Origin: Synechococcus sp.
Lineage (GTDB): Bacteria; Cyanobacteriota; Cyanobacteriia; Thermostichales; PCC-7336
NCBI GenBank assembly: GCA_051439425.1
Contig: JBFRWD010000118.1
Span: 1-24,236, forward strand
Length of the DNA: 24,236 nucleotides
Reading direction: 5' to 3'
Of this stretch, positions 1-8,644 are shown piece by piece; positions within the stretch are counted from its first letter, which is position 1, and each line of letters begins with the position of its first letter. Both the position numbers and the translations under genes were made by a program. The notes under the pieces are model-generated. The model was not told the DNA's origin and did not search any database. It saw only the letters and a list, made by a program, of their open reading frames with translations.

Positions 1-978
1 AGTTAGCACCACCGGGCCGGGACTCAATTGGCCGATCGCTACCCCATTCAGAAACTCAGTCGTTGTTAGCCAGTGAAGTTTTTCTACCACTTCAGTCTCG
101 ATAAACGGGATAATCACTAACCCGCCACCAAAAATAGAGCTTCCGACTTTAAGGAAAAATAGCACTAACGGCCAAAAATAAATCCCAATTCGCTCAAATC
201 CCCACAAGCTAGACAGACTCACGACTTCAGCCGTGACTGTACTCATCAAGTTTGGCCAATATCCAAGCATCAACAGCGGCAATCCGGGAAAAATGCCGAG
301 GGCTCGCTGGGGTTGCGATGGAGGAGGTGGAGAAAACAGCCACAAGCCAACCAAGCCCGCCACAAGTAATTGCAGCAAAATACTCGGACGTAACAGGAGA
401 GTGACGAAAAACACAGCGATGGCGATCGCCCAGCGTCCAATCTGCTGGCGACGAGTCGCTCCTGACACAAGTACGGTTTTGCGCATCAGCTTCCAACAAA
501 ACCCCAATATGAGTGCCACCACCACAGGAGAGACCCCTAAAAAAATCCCCTCAAGCTGAGGAGTTTGTTGGTATCTGAAGTACGCCCACGAAAGCGCCAG
601 TACGATCGCAAATGCAGGTGTAATAAAACTAAGCCCGGAGACCAAAGCTCCGATCGGACCACCCACTACATAACCGATGTAGATGCCCATCTGGGTAGAC
701 GCTGGCCCCGGTAGCATTTCGCAAATAGCCAACCCCTCGACAAATTGTTCTTGAGTCAGCCATTTCCGTTGGACAACAGTCTCAGCGTTTTGCATCGCGA
801 TGTGTGCTTGAGGGCCGCCAAATCCCACCGTGCCCAATCTTGAATAGATGGCAGCTAACTCTCGCAATGTTGCCTTTTTCTCTACGCTGCTCCCAAGCTG
901 CGTAATCTTCACAGATGCTTGCTCCGTCGAACCTGCTGCGGCACTGCTCTCTGCAGCCCTCTTCAGCGTATAGCCCAT
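1..978 (-). CDS. chrA: Chromate efflux transporter (CHR family), 5' part; runs off the left edge
   Basis: Manual minus-strand translation from ATG at 978 gives the CHR motifs GTVGFGGPQAHIAM and EMLPGPASTQMGIYIGY, and near the window edge the second-domain motif EFLNGVAIGQLSPGPVV. Absent from the ORF track because there is no stop in the window. GTG at 912 is an alternative start. Confidence 0.9.
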   Translation of the reverse strand, partial: MGYTLKRAAESSAAAGSTEQASVKITQLGSSVEKKATLRELAAIYSRLGTVGFGGPQAHIAMQNAETVVQRKWLTQEQFVEGLAICEMLPGPASTQMGIYIGYVVGGPIGALVSGLSFITPAFAIVLALSWAYFRYQQTPQLEGIFLGVSPVVVALILGFCWKLMRKTVLVSGATRRQQIGRWAIAIAVFFVTLLLRPSILLQLLVAGLVGLWLFSPPPPSQPQRALGIFPGLPLLMLGYWPNLMSTVTAEVVSLSSLWGFERIGIYFWPLVLFFLKVGSSIFGGGLVIIPFIETEVVEKLHWLTTTEFLNGVAIGQLSPGPVVLT

Positions 979-1232
979 ACAGACCGACAGACTGTCAGCT
1001 AGGCAACGCATCCCCATTACCTCTGGGCGCTCTTCAACGTCCAAGCATCAATTGTTTCGAGTTACATCTCCTTCACGATTCCCCTGTTTCGACAAGTTGC
1101 CCCTGTCAAAATGTCGTGCACTGTACTTTGGGCGCACAGCTCAGGTTGATAGAGGAGTAAGTGTAAACTAAAGGGATACATACGCAATCGTTCTTAATGC
1201 CCAAACCAGGGCTCACACAGAGGGGCAATGTT

Positions 1233-1454
1233 ATGACGACCATTCAAGAAAGAATTCAGGCAGCAACCGAAGAGGCTCGCAAGCTATCCACTGAGCTAGG
1301 TGACACCGATCCCAAAACCCGTGCAGCTTGGGATGCCGTTGAAGAATTGCAAGCTGAAGCCGGTCACCAAGCGGCAGCACCTCAGCAAAGCGCTCTCGAT
1401 AAATTCTGCGAAGAGAACCCAGAAGCCGGTGAGTGCTTGATCTACGAAGAGTAA
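1233..1454 (+). CDS. cp12: Calvin cycle regulatory protein CP12
   Basis: Diagnostic AWDAVEELQAE motif and C-terminal FCEENPEAGECLIYEE cysteine pair. ATG 1233 is preferred over 1197 from typical CP12 length. Confidence 0.95.
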   Translation: MTTIQERIQAATEEARKLSTELGDTDPKTRAAWDAVEELQAEAGHQAAAPQQSALDKFCEENPEAGECLIYEE

Positions 1455-1552
1455 CGACTCGGTTAACATCAGCTCCGTCAAGCCATTGCCATACATCTCG
1501 ACCAGTCTCAAAGCTAGTCAGTAGCAATGACCTTCGAAGCAAATACCCCGTT

Positions 1553-1585
1553 CTGTGCCCCTGGCCTTCCTAGCCGGGGGCGCAG
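1553..1585 (+). terminator. GC-rich stem-loop between convergent genes (terminator or 3' stabiliser of cp12 mRNA)
   Basis: CTGTGCCCCTGGC-cttccta-GCCGGGGGCGCAG forms a 13-bp stem with G-U pairs on the + strand; no clear U-tract follows. Confidence 0.4.
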
Positions 1586-1776
1586 TGATTATTGGTTCTT
1601 GGCAACCTCTAAGCTCGGCTCGTTCGAAACTCCACACGAGGTAAATTTTCAATCCACAAGAGAACAGTTGTTAACATCCTGGAGAAAGCCACAAAAATCA
1701 CTCTGCGCTTCAAAGTCGCCGATCTTAGAGAAAATCGCTGATTTGAAGGTATGGATTTCAGCTTGCTCGCTACCGC

Positions 1777-2151
1777 TCAGAAACCACAGCCGGCCCAGCG
1801 TTGAAGTAGAGCCCCCAAGACAATACCCAAACCTCCCCACCGCACTGCTTGCCAAAATACAGAGGGACTGAAGATTCCGTCCAATCCTTCGCGGATGACC
1901 GCTTCCATTTCAACCAGTTGCTCCAGCATCTGGGCCGCTTCCTCTGGCGGTAGCTGCTCTGCCGCTTCCAATTGCTCGATCGCATCAACCTTGGCACTCA
2001 GAGCCTGCAAACGCTGTTTAAACTGCGTAATGTCGATCTGGCCAGACTCAGGTGCGCTCTGGGTTGGTTTGTCAGCATTGGGAGCACCATCTGGGTGGGA
2101 AACTGGTTCCACGGTGTACCTCTCGCTAGCATGTGGGCAATTGACCAACAC
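1777..2151 (-). CDS. Hypothetical protein with a coiled segment and C-terminal membrane anchor
   Basis: Helical acidic segment followed by FWQAVRWGGLGIVLGALL; co-oriented with the two upstream genes. Start codon uncertain. Confidence 0.65.
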   Translation of the reverse strand: MLVNCPHASERYTVEPVSHPDGAPNADKPTQSAPESGQIDITQFKQRLQALSAKVDAIEQLEAAEQLPPEEAAQMLEQLVEMEAVIREGLDGIFSPSVFWQAVRWGGLGIVLGALLQRWAGCGF

Positions 2152-2194
2152 GTCAGCCTAACGACATCGGCATTGCATCTTCTAACGCACAAGC

Positions 2195-2740
2195 TTAGCG
2201 CCCGAATCCAGTTTGCAGTTCGTTGAACGGCTGTCGACGCAATTCACCCTCATCGACAGGAGAAAGTGCGAACAGGGAACGAATCTCATTCTCCACTTCC
2301 GTAATCGGGCGATCGCCGACTGACTGATACGTAATCTTTCCCTCTGGGTCAAACAGCAATGTCTGAGGCACTCGCCCCCTAAAGTACTGTGCAGGGCCAT
2401 TGGGGTCACTCTCATCGAGTGCATCGATATTGAGAGCCACAAAATTTACGCCCAAACCATATCGCACCTGCAGGTTCGCAACCGCAGCAGAATAGCGTTT
2501 GCAATCGCTACTATCTTCGACATAAAACACCAACAAAGCCGGAACCCGCTGGGCAATAGACTCCGACAAAGATACGCGCGGCGGAATCATGCCGCCATTC
2601 GAGCCGTACAGCGTAAAGATATTGCCATCGTAGTGATCGTCATTGATGCTGGCCTGAGCCGGCCATACTCCCAGACACAGGGTAGCGATTGCATAAACCA
2701 CTAAGATTGCTCGCTTCCAACCCGTCAAAAGGCCCCGCAT
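2195..2740 (-). CDS. Thioredoxin-like thylakoid protein (photosystem I accumulation factor, Slr1796-like)
   Basis: Signal peptide ending AQA; conserved INDDHYDGNIFTLYG and FYVEDSSDCK (SxxC in place of CxxC); cis-Pro motif VPQT. Confidence 0.8.
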   Translation of the reverse strand: MRGLLTGWKRAILVVYAIATLCLGVWPAQASINDDHYDGNIFTLYGSNGGMIPPRVSLSESIAQRVPALLVFYVEDSSDCKRYSAAVANLQVRYGLGVNFVALNIDALDESDPNGPAQYFRGRVPQTLLFDPEGKITYQSVGDRPITEVENEIRSLFALSPVDEGELRRQPFNELQTGFGR

Positions 2741-2808
2741 ATCTGAAGAAAGGATAAAAGGTCGCTCTCATCTTACCGGCCAAATCACCATCTGCTGCGA
2801 TCTGGAGG

Positions 2809-3084
2809 CTAATTTTGAATCTTCGGATTGGAATTGCTCGGCAATCGCCAGCACATTTCCAACCATTGATGGCGCTCCAAACGATTGCGAGAGAAGCGAA
2901 TCTCGGCATGCATAACTGCTAAACGATCGCGTGCCCCTTGCCATCCGTGCCGAATCAGCACGGTCAGTGAGCCATCGGGCCACGTTCTCAGGGAAAGCCC
3001 CATATCGGTAAGAAGGTTAAAAGCCTCACGACGAACTTCGCGGGGGATATCAACCAACTGAATCTGGTAAGGAATAGGGGTCAA
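2809..3084 (-). CDS. Small conserved cyanobacterial protein, Asr1405/Asl0597-like
   Basis: Length and pattern (VDIPREVRREAFNLL...DGSLTVLI...WLEMCW) resemble that family from memory. Confidence 0.55.
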   Translation of the reverse strand: MTPIPYQIQLVDIPREVRREAFNLLTDMGLSLRTWPDGSLTVLIRHGWQGARDRLAVMHAEIRFSRNRLERHQWLEMCWRLPSNSNPKIQN

Positions 3085-3368
3085 GGGACAAAACCTTTAA
3101 GTCCTTAATTTTATTTTAAGATTTTGTCGTCAAAAAGGAAATCCGTACTGAATTCGTGCTGAATCCCACTCGCATGCTCGATTTGACGTGAGCGAATATC
3201 AGTACGGTTATGGATTTGCATCGATCTATGTACCTCAGTAGGCTAGAAACCAGCCATAGCAGTCTGATCGGACGATCTCTCAGCATTCCTTGATGTGAAA
3301 CCCGGCTCAATCTCGTTAGACTCGACTCAGTTTGTTAGACAAATCCTTACGCTGGATACCTTTCTGCG

Positions 3369-3803
3369 ATGAATTCAATTGTTTTGATGGCTGAAATCGT
3401 CACGGAGCCCGAGATGCGCTACACCCCAGACAATTTGGCGGTGGCTTCCATGCTCGTTAGTTTTCCCAGCAATCGGCAAGGAGAACCAGACTATCAAGTG
3501 CGCGTGGCAACATTTGGTGAAACGGCTCAACAGGTGACCGACACGTATGCTGTGGGCGATCGCGTCACGGTGGAGGGGCAGCTCCACATCAACACCATCG
3601 AAAGAGACGGACGTAATGAAAAGCGGGCTGAATTAAATGCTCGGCGCATCTACAAGCTCGGATCCGGTGGTTCGATAGAGGTCACGGGTGCTGCCGAACG
3701 CAGTCCAGCTCCAGCACGAGCAGCAAAGCCTTCAGTCAGGAGTGCAGCCACGGCTAAACCAGCAGATACAGCCCCCCCCGACATGGACGACATTCCGTTC
3801 TAA
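3369..3803 (+). CDS. ssb: Single-stranded DNA-binding protein
   Basis: OB-fold N-terminus (MNSIVLMAEIVTEPEMRYTPD), Ala/Pro linker, acidic C-terminal tail DDIPF. Confidence 0.93.
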   Translation: MNSIVLMAEIVTEPEMRYTPDNLAVASMLVSFPSNRQGEPDYQVRVATFGETAQQVTDTYAVGDRVTVEGQLHINTIERDGRNEKRAELNARRIYKLGSGGSIEVTGAAERSPAPARAAKPSVRSAATAKPADTAPPDMDDIPF

Positions 3804-3809
3804 TTCGAA

Positions 3810-4265
3810 TCAGCCTGCGATTCTGGTACGTTCGTACGTCGACAAAATATAATCAAACGTCTTGGACGTAGTTACATAAGTAACTGTGACATCGCAGCTC
3901 ATGCGAATTTCATTGCCATTTTCAAGATTGAGGAAGTCAATGCGTTGTTCGTCCATGTACAGGCCGTTAGTACTGGGATTACCGTTCACATCCCCATCCA
4001 AAATCTGGTACGAAAAACCGCCTGTACCATCAGCAGCTACACGATAGAGCAACGCATGCCTGCGGGATACATATTGAGAGTCAATGCAGATACTGTTATC
4101 GGCGTCTCGCCCAAGTGTATAAACCTCGGAAGTAAGCCAATATGCTTTGGGCCCATTTCGATCTTTGACGATCAGAGCATGGTTTAGAGTTGGCTTGCCT
4201 GTCGAATCTGACATGCTGGCAGCGGGTGCATCTGTCATAGATGTTAGTCTGCCCTGCCGCATCAC
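3810..4265 (-). CDS. FHA domain protein
   Basis: FHA motifs LGRD, SQYVSRRHA and STNGLY. Start may be a downstream Met. Confidence 0.88.
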   Translation of the reverse strand: MMRQGRLTSMTDAPAASMSDSTGKPTLNHALIVKDRNGPKAYWLTSEVYTLGRDADNSICIDSQYVSRRHALLYRVAADGTGGFSYQILDGDVNGNPSTNGLYMDEQRIDFLNLENGNEIRMSCDVTVTYVTTSKTFDYILSTYERTRIAG

Positions 4266-4539
4266 AGGAATACACCTAGCCCACTAAAGATTGTTCTCCG
4301 AGCATCGGATGCGACAACCTCAGCTCCCGGCACATGTCCTACATCATTCAACTCCGCTCGATCGGACCGAATCGAGCTGGAGTGGTAGCCTTTAGCTATT
4401 GGACATTCAACGGACAGACAGGCACATAGAAACCTCATTCCCTTTTCTAGCTCAACAGAAGGGCCCCACACAATTCGTGTCCGCTAATCATCGTTACCAC
4501 GGCAGAGAGATATGTCAGAACCACTGTATTGTGCGGAAA

Positions 4540-4718
4540 TTCCCGGTAAAGTAATTGTCACTGGTTCTCCGTCCGAAGTATCTGGAAGTCAGCTCCATGC
4601 TGGTGGGGTTAACGAGCCCGGCACCATTGCCAGTCGACACCTACAACCCTAGGCACCTGCCTATTCTCCGGCTATGAAGTTCGAAAGAGCTGGGCTGCGG
4701 AGTCCGTCCCTACGATTC
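4540..4718 (+). ncRNA. ssrS: Probable 6S RNA (SsrS/SsaA)
   Basis: ~180-nt non-coding stretch that folds as a long irregular rod (CTGGTTC/GAGCTGG, CGAA/TTCG, GGTG-GGGTT/AACCC-CACC). It carries motifs I recall from cyanobacterial 6S RNAs (AAAGTAA.TG, TCTGGAAG, CTAGGCACC, CCGG.TATGAAGTT). A possible -10 box TATTGT lies at 4527-4532. Ends are approximate and some helices pair better on the minus strand, so strand needs an Rfam check. Confidence 0.7.
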
Positions 4719-4756
4719 CCTCATTTTCATGTCCTGCATTAGAGGCGATCGCCTAT

Positions 4757-6592
4757 ATGCCACTGGCAGTTTTTCCACTTGCAGACTCCATTCCTGATGA
4801 GTGGAAGCCTTTGCTAACAATTCTGGTGATTGCTTGGGCCTTTTTTAGCTTTATCACCGAAAAATTGCCGGTCGATATGACGGCCTTAACAATCATGGTA
4901 CTTCTGATTGTGTTTGGACTCGTTGATGAAGGGGAAGGAATTTCTGGCTTTAGCAACCCTGCCACCATTACCGTCATGGCGATGTTCGTCTTGAGTGCAG
5001 GCATCGCTCGAACGGGAGCCCTTCGGGTCGTGATGGATCTCCTATTGAAACTGGGAGGAAAGCGAGTATCGCAACAAATTCTGGCGCTCGGAATCATCGT
5101 TGGTCCCATCTCGGCCTTTATCAATAACTCTGCTGTTGTCCCAACATTCCTGCCAATCGTAGAAAACTGGGCAGATACTATTGGAGTATCAGTGTCTCGC
5201 CTACTCATCCCGCTATCTTACCTCTCCATCATTGGTGGCACCATCACCGTCATTGGCACATCCACCAACGTGCTAGCCAGCGGTATTTCAGAGCAGATGG
5301 GCTATCAACCCTTTCCCCTCTTTCTATTTACTGGAGTAGGGTTGGTAGCCTTCGGTACAGGGCTAATCTATCTGGCATTCATTGCTCCCCATTTACTTCC
5401 GGATCGCCAACCTCTTCAGAATGATGGTTCGTTCGAACAGCGATATGGCTTGCGCGAATATGTCAGCGAGGTTGTAATTTCCCCAGAGTCCAGCTTGGTT
5501 GGCCAAACATTGCGTCTGAGCTTATTACAACGCCAATTTGACGTTGACGTTTTAGAGATCATCCGCGATCGCGCTCACTTTCCCCAGCCACTTGCCGATA
5601 AAGTCCTGCAGGTGGGCGACATATTGCTGATTCGGGGAGCTAGGGATGAGCTGTTCAAAATCAGCCGAGAAAAAGGGATCTATATCCTGCCCGAACAGAA
5701 ATTCAGTCGAGAAGACCTGACTCAAGAGCTAGAAGCTGAAGAATATGGCGTTGGCGAAGTATTGATTATGGCCAACTCGCGCTTGGTTGGCTCCACCCTC
5801 AAAGATATTCGTTTCAGACAACGCTATAACGCAACAGTACTAGCCATCCGACGTGGACAAGAGCTTGTGCGACAGCGGTTGGGAACCGTTCCGCTTAAAT
5901 TTGGGGATATTTTACTGCTGCAAGGGCCCAGACAGAGTTTTTTGGGTCTGCAAACCAGCCGAGATTTATTGCTGATCGAGCAAAAAGATATTGAAGATTT
6001 GCGAACCGACAAAGCCACAATAGCTGTCTGCATTGGGCTAGGGGTTGTGTTGACAGCAGCTTTTAACTGGTTGCCTATCTTGGTGAGTGCGCTCATCGGT
6101 AGCGTACTGATGGTTGTGACGGGTTGCCTGAAACCTGGCGAACTCTACTCTGCTATCCGGTGGGACATTATTTTTCTCTTGGCCGGTCTAATACCGCTGG
6201 GTATTGCGATGGAAAAATCAGGAGTGTCGCAATGGCTGGCAGATTATCTGGTAACGCTCGGCGGAAATCTTTCGGGATACTGGCTACTCGTGTTTTTCTA
6301 TATGGCTACGACACTACTAACCGAGCTCTTATCCAACAATGCCTCGGTCATTCTGATGCTACCAATCGCCGTTAAATCTGCCGAGAGCTTAGGGCTCGAC
6401 CCACTGGCGTTTATGTTGTCAGTGACGTTTGCCGCCTCCTGCAGCTTCATGACCCCAATCGGATATCAAACCAACACAATGGTGTATACCGCAGGTGGGT
6501 ATAAATTTCTTGATTTCACCAAGGTAGGAGCCCCCCTCAGTGCAATCTTGGCGTTTCTCATTCCTTACGTTATTACCCGACTCTTTCTCTAG
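4757..6592 (+). CDS. SLC13/DASS-family permease with two TrkA-C domains (Sac1-like anion transporter)
   Basis: Multiple TM helices, GFSNPATITV, IGTSTNVLA, two TrkA-C repeats, LTELLSNNAS and TPIGYQTNTMVY motifs. Confidence 0.92.
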   Translation: MPLAVFPLADSIPDEWKPLLTILVIAWAFFSFITEKLPVDMTALTIMVLLIVFGLVDEGEGISGFSNPATITVMAMFVLSAGIARTGALRVVMDLLLKLGGKRVSQQILALGIIVGPISAFINNSAVVPTFLPIVENWADTIGVSVSRLLIPLSYLSIIGGTITVIGTSTNVLASGISEQMGYQPFPLFLFTGVGLVAFGTGLIYLAFIAPHLLPDRQPLQNDGSFEQRYGLREYVSEVVISPESSLVGQTLRLSLLQRQFDVDVLEIIRDRAHFPQPLADKVLQVGDILLIRGARDELFKISREKGIYILPEQKFSREDLTQELEAEEYGVGEVLIMANSRLVGSTLKDIRFRQRYNATVLAIRRGQELVRQRLGTVPLKFGDILLLQGPRQSFLGLQTSRDLLLIEQKDIEDLRTDKATIAVCIGLGVVLTAAFNWLPILVSALIGSVLMVVTGCLKPGELYSAIRWDIIFLLAGLIPLGIAMEKSGVSQWLADYLVTLGGNLSGYWLLVFFYMATTLLTELLSNNASVILMLPIAVKSAESLGLDPLAFMLSVTFAASCSFMTPIGYQTNTMVYTAGGYKFLDFTKVGAPLSAILAFLIPYVITRLFL

Positions 6593-6865
6593 ATCGGACG
6601 ATCTACAGTGGCAGCGTATCAAAAGGTGATGAGGTCCTTGTATCAGGCAACAGTACCCAATGCGGAGAGAACAACTTCTTGCCTTTGAGGGTGTCGTGCT
6701 GCACGACTTCTTGAGACGAACAGCTACCTTCTCTAGCACGATCCTCAGCTCGTGCTCCATCCTTAGCCTTTCCTCCGCGAGCTACAGAAGAGAAGATCGT
6801 AAAGTCCTCAATTCACCATCTTTTGATACGTTTCCAATGGAGATTGTTCTGTGAACCTTTGCGGC

Positions 6866-6893
6866 AAAAAAAACTCCACCGATCACGGTGGAG
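6866..6893 (-). terminator. Rho-independent terminator
   Basis: Minus strand reads CTCCACCG-TGAT-CGGTGGAG-TTTTTTTT: perfect 8-bp stem plus 8 U. Confidence 0.8.
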
Positions 6894-7102
6894 CAAAATG
6901 CGACATTCATGTTCCACGAACATTGATACCATAAAGTATCGTTCCTGGGCTCGATTGATGCAATCAATGCAACTTCGATAACATGTTTATGACGCCGAAG
7001 CACTTGTAGTAGGGAACTGCCAGATTAATCCAAAGGGAACTGGAAGGCTTTTACGTAGGGACTGTAGAAAATAATTACATTCGGGGCACTACCACTTCGT
7101 TG

Positions 7103-7498
7103 TTAGGCCTGCGATTCAGATATCGCATTGGCAACTTCCAGTAGATTGCCATCGGGATCGCGAATGTAAATGGAGCGAATGAGCCCGGTTGCCCCCGTCC
7201 GATGAATGGGGCCGAGTTCAATGGGAACATTGCAGGATTGAATGCGAGCTATTGCTTCTTCCACTGGCACGTCTATTAGGAAACATAAATCGGCAGAGCC
7301 AGGAGTTGGTGTCTGTACCACCGGTGAGAACGGAGAGGAAGAGGGATGCAGGTTAATTTTCTGGGTGCCGAATGCAAGTGCGGTGCGGCCATTCCCAAAG
7401 GTGATAGCCTTCATTCCCAGTACCTGCTCGTAAAAATGACAGGTGGCTGCAATATCTCGGACAGTCAGTACGAGGTGGTCGAGATGAAAAACCTTCAT
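7103..7498 (-). CDS. VOC/glyoxalase family protein
   Basis: LDHLVLTVRDI...FYEQVLG, QKINLH, PGSADLCF, SIYIRDPDGNLLEV. Confidence 0.92.
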   Translation of the reverse strand: MKVFHLDHLVLTVRDIAATCHFYEQVLGMKAITFGNGRTALAFGTQKINLHPSSSPFSPVVQTPTPGSADLCFLIDVPVEEAIARIQSCNVPIELGPIHRTGATGLIRSIYIRDPDGNLLEVANAISESQA

Positions 7499-7513
7499 GC
7501 AGAGTAGAGCTAA

Positions 7514-8359
7514 TTAGGCAGAACGGGCTGGAGCCGTCGCCAGGATAGAGTGCATGCGATTTGCAATCTCTCCTGTCTGTTCCAGCATCCCGAGATGACC
7601 GCAATTGGGCAACTCAAACACAATTTCCTGACTTCGGTAGTTGCGATGAAAACTCGCCAGGTGATGGACGTACTTGGGTTCCATCACTGTGTCGCTGGAG
7701 CCGGCAAAAAAATATGCGGGTTGATTCAGGCGCTTCACAACTTGGGGGAGTTGATGAACTTCTGCTTCGGTGGTGGAATCCAGCAACGATCCGCGAGCTG
7801 CGCTTGCATCTGCCGCGACAAAATCCTTCAAGCGGCGATTACCCCAATGTTTGGCGAGTGGATTGACCACATTATCGCGACAGAAATACCAAGCCAAACC
7901 GGGAAACTGGGCAAGCCAACTGGGTCGAAGCTTGACAATTTGTTGCCCTGCGGCCCGAAACCGCTCGAATTCTTCTTTAAGGTAAATACCGCCACCTGCA
8001 TTGACGCAGAATACTCCGTCTACCCGCTCTGGTGCTAAATCTGCTGCCCACAAAGCGATGCTGCCCCCCATCGAGTGACCGACTAGCCACACCTGCGTTA
8101 ATTCCAGACGATCGATAAGTTCCAAGAGATCGCGGGCATAGCTGACTAGGTCAAAGTGATTACTGTTGCCGACTGCCGAGTCGCCAAATCCGCGCAAATC
8201 GTAAGTCAGGCAGTTGTAGGGAGATAAGCGATCGCATAGCGGCTGCCAATAATGGCGGCTGAGCATCCATCCGTGCACAAACACCAACGTGGGTTGGTCG
8301 GGATGTCGATGGTACAGCTTGTAGCTGTGGCGAGCAGTACTAAGAACCAGTGAGGTCAT
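7514..8359 (-). CDS. Alpha/beta hydrolase
   Basis: HGWM oxyanion motif, YDLRGFG, nucleophile elbow GHSMGG, Asp (SDTVM) and His (CGHLGM). TTG at 8374 is an alternative start. Confidence 0.9.
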   Translation of the reverse strand: MTSLVLSTARHSYKLYHRHPDQPTLVFVHGWMLSRHYWQPLCDRLSPYNCLTYDLRGFGDSAVGNSNHFDLVSYARDLLELIDRLELTQVWLVGHSMGGSIALWAADLAPERVDGVFCVNAGGGIYLKEEFERFRAAGQQIVKLRPSWLAQFPGLAWYFCRDNVVNPLAKHWGNRRLKDFVAADASAARGSLLDSTTEAEVHQLPQVVKRLNQPAYFFAGSSDTVMEPKYVHHLASFHRNYRSQEIVFELPNCGHLGMLEQTGEIANRMHSILATAPARSA

Positions 8360-8644
8360 ACGAGCGAAGTGCAATCGTTTTCCAGTGCAGCGAGAGATTG
8401 CGGTTGGTAACAGAGGTAGTTCCTATTTTACTGTCGCAGCTGATTGTTCTGCTTCTACTCCGTTGCGACTGAAGACAACCTGAAGCGCGATCGCTAGCCA
8501 ATGCGGCTTCCACCGCCATGAATAATCGTGATGATTAGTGATGAGGGGCTAATGCAGCTCGAGCGGGATTCATACTTAAAGCTGTGATTCTTGCAACGCG
8601 CATAGGATTTGGGATGAACGTGTGGAGGCGCTGAGGTAGACAGT

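Noticed and set aside
227..559. Short ORFs 227-499, 233-559 and 270-470
   Set aside because: They are alternative-frame or antisense shadows of the chromate transporter that occupies 1-978 on the minus strand.
915..1160. 81-aa + strand ORF upstream of cp12
   Set aside because: Overlaps the chrA start and the divergent promoter region; no recognisable motif.
3225..3245. Possible LexA box (TGTACCTCAGTAG) upstream of ssb
   Set aside because: Only a partial match to the cyanobacterial RGTAC-N3-DGTWC consensus; not distinguishable from chance.
6419..7003. Small ORFs between the SLC13 and VOC genes
   Set aside because: No family motifs, mutually overlapping, and one runs through a clear terminator hairpin.
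8520..8545. TAATC-N5-GATTA palindrome as a Fur/Zur or Pho box upstream of the kinase
   Set aside because: Spacing and sequence fit neither the Fur/Zur consensus nor the cyanobacterial Pho box repeats.
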